Below, one piece after another: positions 27,178 through 31,073 of a stretch of DNA of 31,073 bases. The DNA comes from a virus. The notes under the pieces were generated by a model. It saw nothing but the letters and a program-made list of their open reading frames with translations, searched no databases and was not told the DNA's origin. Position 1 is the stretch's first letter; each line of letters begins with the position of its first letter. The position numbers and the translations under genes were made by a program. Location of the stretch: IMG/VR virus record IMGVR_UViG_3300026518_000007, positions 68,253 through 99,325 of that record; one strand, given 5' to 3'.

Positions 27178-29439
27178 ATGATGATTAAAATAAATACATA
27201 TTCACAGTATTTCACTGTGACTGCCATTAATTTCTCTAAACTTATTTTTAAACTACATGATTTTAATAATAATTTAAAAACTAATAAGTTAGTTATGGAG
27301 AAACATGGTAAATGGGGTACTGGTAAATTAGTACCTAAAGTAGATAAACATTTTTATATAATAGAAACTGAGAATAGTGAGAATCCTTATAGTAGAAATA
27401 TTATAAGATATCCTATAAACATATTAGATAAATTATTAAAGTATTTAACTTTTAATGGAGTTAATCAGGATGATATTGAAATAATTGAACATAAACCTTT
27501 TTCTGGTAGGAAGATAAAAATAGCTGCTAATAGTATATTAACACCTAGACCGTATCAAGCTGAGTATATTAATAAGATTAAGTTATGGGATAAGCATAAT
27601 ACGTTAGTAGATTTACAAGCAGGTATGGGTAAGTTTTTAAATGTTGATACACCTATAAAAACTAAATATGGCTGGCGTAAGATAGGTAATGTAAAGGTAG
27701 GTGATTTAGTAATAGGTAATGATGGTTTAGAGACTAAAGTAATAGGAGTATACCCACAAGGTATTAAATCTTTATATACTGTAACATTTGAAGATGGTAG
27801 AAACGTAGAAGCTGGATTAGAACATTTATGGACAGTATATATAAACGACATCAAACATACTATAGATACTGCTGAAATACTTAAAGGGTTAAAAGTAGGG
27901 ATAGAGTATCATATTGATTTAATGACGCCTATAGTTAATGAAAATAGAGTAAGTGAAGAAGAGCTTAAGCTATATATTAACAGAATTAAAAAAGGCATTA
28001 TTAATACTATACCTAAAAAAATATTAGACACTACTTACCATAATAAATTATATTTCTTTAATGAGCTTATTAAAACTAATAAGAAAATTATTAATGATAA
28101 TAATAGTTTAATAGTAAGTGGTTCAGAATTAGCTAACGATATTCAATTATTGATACGTAGTTTAGGGGGTATTTGTAATAAGAAGTATTTCTCTCTTATG
28201 GATGAGTTTATTTTAGAATATGATTTTCCTATAACTAAGAAACTTAAAATAGTTAATGTACAGTATAGTAAAGATGCAGAAGCAGTCTGTATAGCCGTAG
28301 ATAATAAAGATAAGTTATATGTAGTTAAAGATTATATAGTAACGCATAATACATTTATATCTGTAAAATCTATAGTACACTATAAAGAAGCATTTTCTAT
28401 TATAGTACTGCCTAGATATATAGACAAATGGATTAATGATATTATATTCCTAACTAACTTAGATAGGGAAGATATCTGTGTTATACAAGGTATCACTAAT
28501 CTTAATAAAATAGTTAATGATAAACATGAGGTTAAGAAGTATAAAGTATTTATTATTTCATTAACTACTATAAGTCTTTTTATAAAAGCATATCTTAATA
28601 ATAAGTTAGAGTATGATGCCAAAGTAGTACCAGAGAATCTTTTTAATACGTTAGGAACGTCTATAGTACTTAATGATGAATCTCATCAAGAGTTTCATAA
28701 TGTATTTAAAATAATGTTATTTAGTAATGTTAGATTACTTATAGGATTAACTGCTACACTATTAACTAATGATAAAGATATGGAACGTATGCATAATATA
28801 TTATTTCCAGAATCTAATAGAATATCTAATGTAATACCTTATAATAAGTATATTAATGTATACTCTGTTCGATATAGATTATTTAATAAGAAGTTTATTA
28901 GATTTAAAAGTGGTTTTGGTTACAATCAGCCTACTTTTGAGGCATCTATCATGCGTAATAAGAGGACATTATTAAACTATTATGAGCTAGTTAAAACGCT
29001 AATGACTGGTATGTATATGAAGCGTAGAAAAGATGGCGATAAAATGCTTATATTCATGGGTACTGTAGAAATGTGTAAAGTATTCGTAGATTTAATTAAA
29101 AAAGATTTTAGTAATTTTAATGTAGGTAAGTATACAGAGGAAGATAGTTATGACGTATTTGAGGAATCAGATATAATAGTTTCCACGATTCCATCTGCCG
29201 GTACTGCGATAGATATAGAAAATTTAATAGCTGTTATACAAACAGTTAATGTAGACTCGCCGTCTGCTAATACACAAACATCTGGTAGACTTAGAGAGAT
29301 AAAAGGTAGAGAGGTTTTATTCGCATACATATGGTGTGCTGATATTTTGCCACATAAGAAATATAACTATAACAGATTAAATCTATTTAATAAAATAGCT
29401 AAATCTGTTAAAACTATAAATTATAATAAATTAATTTAA
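27178..29439 (+). CDS. SF2 DExH helicase (phiKZ gp75-like), intein-containing precursor
   Basis: PRPYQ Q-motif, Walker A LQAGMGK/T split by an intein, DESH, LTAT and QTSGRLR. About 514 aa after splicing. The start may be 27181. Confidence 0.9.
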   Translation: MMIKINTYSQYFTVTAINFSKLIFKLHDFNNNLKTNKLVMEKHGKWGTGKLVPKVDKHFYIIETENSENPYSRNIIRYPINILDKLLKYLTFNGVNQDDIEIIEHKPFSGRKIKIAANSILTPRPYQAEYINKIKLWDKHNTLVDLQAGMGKFLNVDTPIKTKYGWRKIGNVKVGDLVIGNDGLETKVIGVYPQGIKSLYTVTFEDGRNVEAGLEHLWTVYINDIKHTIDTAEILKGLKVGIEYHIDLMTPIVNENRVSEEELKLYINRIKKGIINTIPKKILDTTYHNKLYFFNELIKTNKKIINDNNSLIVSGSELANDIQLLIRSLGGICNKKYFSLMDEFILEYDFPITKKLKIVNVQYSKDAEAVCIAVDNKDKLYVVKDYIVTHNTFISVKSIVHYKEAFSIIVLPRYIDKWINDIIFLTNLDREDICVIQGITNLNKIVNDKHEVKKYKVFIISLTTISLFIKAYLNNKLEYDAKVVPENLFNTLGTSIVLNDESHQEFHNVFKIMLFSNVRLLIGLTATLLTNDKDMERMHNILFPESNRISNVIPYNKYINVYSVRYRLFNKKFIRFKSGFGYNQPTFEASIMRNKRTLLNYYELVKTLMTGMYMKRRKDGDKMLIFMGTVEMCKVFVDLIKKDFSNFNVGKYTEEDSYDVFEESDIIVSTIPSAGTAIDIENLIAVIQTVNVDSPSANTQTSGRLREIKGREVLFAYIWCADILPHKKYNYNRLNLFNKIAKSVKTINYNKLI
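27634..28350 (+). mobile_element. Class 3-type intein (239 aa) with degenerate LAGLIDADG remnant
   Basis: Block A FLNVDTPIKTKYGW, block B AGLEHLWTV, block F AVCIAVDNKDKLY, block G YIVTHN followed by T(+1). Removal restores GMGKT. Confidence 0.92.
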
Positions 29440-29450
29440 GGAGTACTAAG

Positions 29451-29573
29451 ATGCAAGTTGCTGATAGCGTATATACTATATGTCCAGACTGTAATGGTAG
29501 CGGTAAGGTAGTAGTTAAATATGGCGTTATGAAATGTAAAACGTGTAATGGTAATGGTTTTATTAAAAAATAG
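29451..29573 (+). CDS. 40-aa stand-alone DnaJ-type zinc finger microprotein
   Basis: Not in the ORF track. AAGGAG SD; MQVADSVYTICPDCNGSGKVVVKYGVMKCKTCNGNGFIKK* has two CxxCxGxG motifs. Confidence 0.85.
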   Translation: MQVADSVYTICPDCNGSGKVVVKYGVMKCKTCNGNGFIKK

Positions 29574-29614
29574 CATATAGGATTTAATCCTATATGTATA
29601 TTCTTTTTTTTTTT
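29574..29614 (+). terminator. Rho-independent terminator
   Basis: CATATAGGAT-tta-ATCCTATATG followed by TATATTC and 11 T. Confidence 0.8.
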
Positions 29615-29661
29615 AATATAAAAGAAAATTCATTGATGAATTAAATATTAAGGAAACGCGA

Positions 29662-30150
29662 ATGATAGTTAATAACACAATACCTAGAGTAGATTGTAGA
29701 AATAAGTTTAACCCTATAAAAGTAGATATGTTTTTTACTGCTACTGATATAATAGAGTTAATGCAATATTTCGATGGAGGTAGTGGTAATTATAATATAG
29801 TAGGTTTAGTAGAGTATTTTAATAAGAAATTTAACTGTAATCGCATCACTGATTTACTTAATAGTGTAGTAGATAGAGGATTAGAATATACGCCTAAAGT
29901 TATTTTTAGACCAGTTACTGAAAAATGTACTGTTGTTAATGGAGAGTTTAAAATATCTAATAAGCCTTATGTTATGGATACATTTCCTTTTCTTAATAAT
30001 CTAGTTGTCGTTAAAGATAATGATGGAGGATATATGTTTTTTGATGATGTAAATTTTTCTATAGATACATTGATATGTTTTTTAAATGACATTGACATAC
30101 AAGGTACTGCGACGGTTTCATATTTCGTTATAGAAGATAAACCGGAATAG
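29662..30150 (+). CDS. Hypothetical protein
   Basis: 162 aa, AAGGA SD, beta-rich C-terminal half; no recognised family. Confidence 0.65.
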   Translation: MIVNNTIPRVDCRNKFNPIKVDMFFTATDIIELMQYFDGGSGNYNIVGLVEYFNKKFNCNRITDLLNSVVDRGLEYTPKVIFRPVTEKCTVVNGEFKISNKPYVMDTFPFLNNLVVVKDNDGGYMFFDDVNFSIDTLICFLNDIDIQGTATVSYFVIEDKPE

Positions 30151-30181
30151 TGCTAAAACAAAATAAAATAAAGGATTAACC

Positions 30182-31000
30182 ATGGGTTTAATTACATTTA
30201 GAAAGGACATTGTACAATCTGCTAATATTCAAGATTTGTATAATATTAAAGTAAACAAAGTTACATATGATGCTGCAATGAATGACATCGATACTCGTAT
30301 TACTACATTACGTAATGATATGGTAACTGGTGATAATGATGCTAAAACATATACTGATAATGCTGTAGCTGACTTACTTAATGGTCAAGTTACTGATAAC
30401 AAAAATGCTATCGCATTACTTAATGCTGATTCGTCTACTACTGGTTCTGTAGATAACAAAATTCAAACTGCTATTACTGGTATTATTAACGGTGCTCCAG
30501 AAGCATATGATACACTTAAAGAGCTTCTTGACCTCATTAACGCTGATGATACAGACCTTAACGGACTTATCACACAACTTAATGATAAAGTTGATGCTGT
30601 TGTTGGAGCTGCTTCTACTGACTGGGATACATTAGAGAAAATTGAAAATAGTACTAAAGCTCTTGATGCTGCTACAAATACACGTATTGATGACCTTACT
30701 GCTACTACTGATACTGTTAGTAAATCAATCCCTACGTATAAATATGATAATGAGTTATCTATCTCTTCAGATAACAAAGTTACTCTTTCACTTGTACCAT
30801 ACGGTGACATTATGTCAGCACGTGCAGTTGTATACTCTACTGATACTGACGGTAATATTACTATCGAAGGTATCTATACATGTGCTCATGACACAAATGA
30901 TACTACTGGTAAAGTTTACGTTATTGACGCTGGTACTGATGACATCACTGCTTATAAAGCTAGTGTTGAGTATTTCTATCGCGCTATTGATAATCAATAA
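30182..31000 (+). CDS. Fibre-like virion protein (tail or head fibre)
   Basis: 272 aa, acidic and D/T/N-rich. DAKTYTD and IINGAPEAYDTLKEL motifs are typical of phage fibre shafts; a second degenerate copy is present; beta-rich C-terminal domain; high-expression codon bias. Confidence 0.62.
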   Translation: MGLITFRKDIVQSANIQDLYNIKVNKVTYDAAMNDIDTRITTLRNDMVTGDNDAKTYTDNAVADLLNGQVTDNKNAIALLNADSSTTGSVDNKIQTAITGIINGAPEAYDTLKELLDLINADDTDLNGLITQLNDKVDAVVGAASTDWDTLEKIENSTKALDAATNTRIDDLTATTDTVSKSIPTYKYDNELSISSDNKVTLSLVPYGDIMSARAVVYSTDTDGNITIEGIYTCAHDTNDTTGKVYVIDAGTDDITAYKASVEYFYRAIDNQ

Positions 31001-31015
31001 TCTTAGTTTGCTAAT

Positions 31016-31057
31016 GGACAAGCTCCTTATGGGAGTTTGTTCTATATGTTTTTTTTT
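31016..31057 (+). terminator. Rho-independent terminator
   Basis: GGACAAGCTCC-ttatg-GGAGTTTGTTC followed by TATATG and 9 T. Confidence 0.78.
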
Positions 31058-31073
31058 AATTAAAACACAATAT

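Noticed and set aside
27634-27636. Dead intein or helicase pseudogene due to Cys1-to-Phe
   Set aside because: The intact W-C-T triad gives a class 3 route that needs no residue-1 nucleophile, and all helicase motifs are intact. Not fully excluded without an assay.
458-31021. Many short antisense or alternate-frame ORFs (e.g. 458-745, 4987-5289, 5377-5640, 18415-18966, 19627-20010, 21428-21793, 30463-30810)
   Set aside because: They lie largely or wholly inside long, motif-bearing genes, lack SD sites, and are explained by the codon bias of the real strand.
1-31073. Chimallin, PhuZ tubulin, major capsid or terminase genes
   Set aside because: No ORF shows motifs I recognise for these; they would lie elsewhere in the genome, so the nucleus is inferred, not shown.
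1-31073. CRISPR array, tRNA, rRNA, IS element or group I intron
   Set aside because: Intergenic gaps are short (about 150 bp or less once the microproteins are counted), with no regular repeats, cloverleaf or transposase, and no split genes were seen.
1-31073. Alternative genetic code or uracil-substituted DNA as in AR9/PBS1
   Set aside because: The standard code gives dense full-length genes, with TAA, TAG and TGA all used as stops. Base modification cannot be read from sequence, and no relevant enzymes are in the window.

Overview
AT-rich (roughly 27-29% GC, estimated by eye), gene-dense segment of a phiKZ-related jumbo phage, most likely a nucleus-forming Chimalliviridae member. All family assignments come from recalled motifs and gene order, not database searches. 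Left half (1-11.6 kb): a virion morphogenesis block resembling phiKZ gp88, gp89, gp90, two gp93-family internal head proteins with S/A/G-x-E protease sites, and gp98-gp101-like neck/tail/hub genes. Right half (12.9-29.4 kb): the conserved core block of SbcD/Mre11 nuclease, gp66-like, gp67/ChmC-like, gp68-like nvRNAP specificity subunit, gp69/PicA-like import factor, gp70-like, nvRNAP beta (C-terminal part), nvRNAP beta-prime (C-terminal part) and SF2 helicase. The chimallin gene itself is not in the window. Notable observations: (1) a 239-aa class 3 (WCT) intein starting with Phe, with a decayed LAGLIDADG domain, in the helicase Walker A; (2) apparently complete avoidance of GATC; (3) four copies of an extended phiKZ-type early promoter ATATATYAYTAATRT plus a second, positionally conserved TGAWDAA-like motif; (4) two microproteins missing from the ORF track, a 44-aa peptide in its own promoter-terminator cassette and a 40-aa stand-alone DnaJ-type zinc finger.
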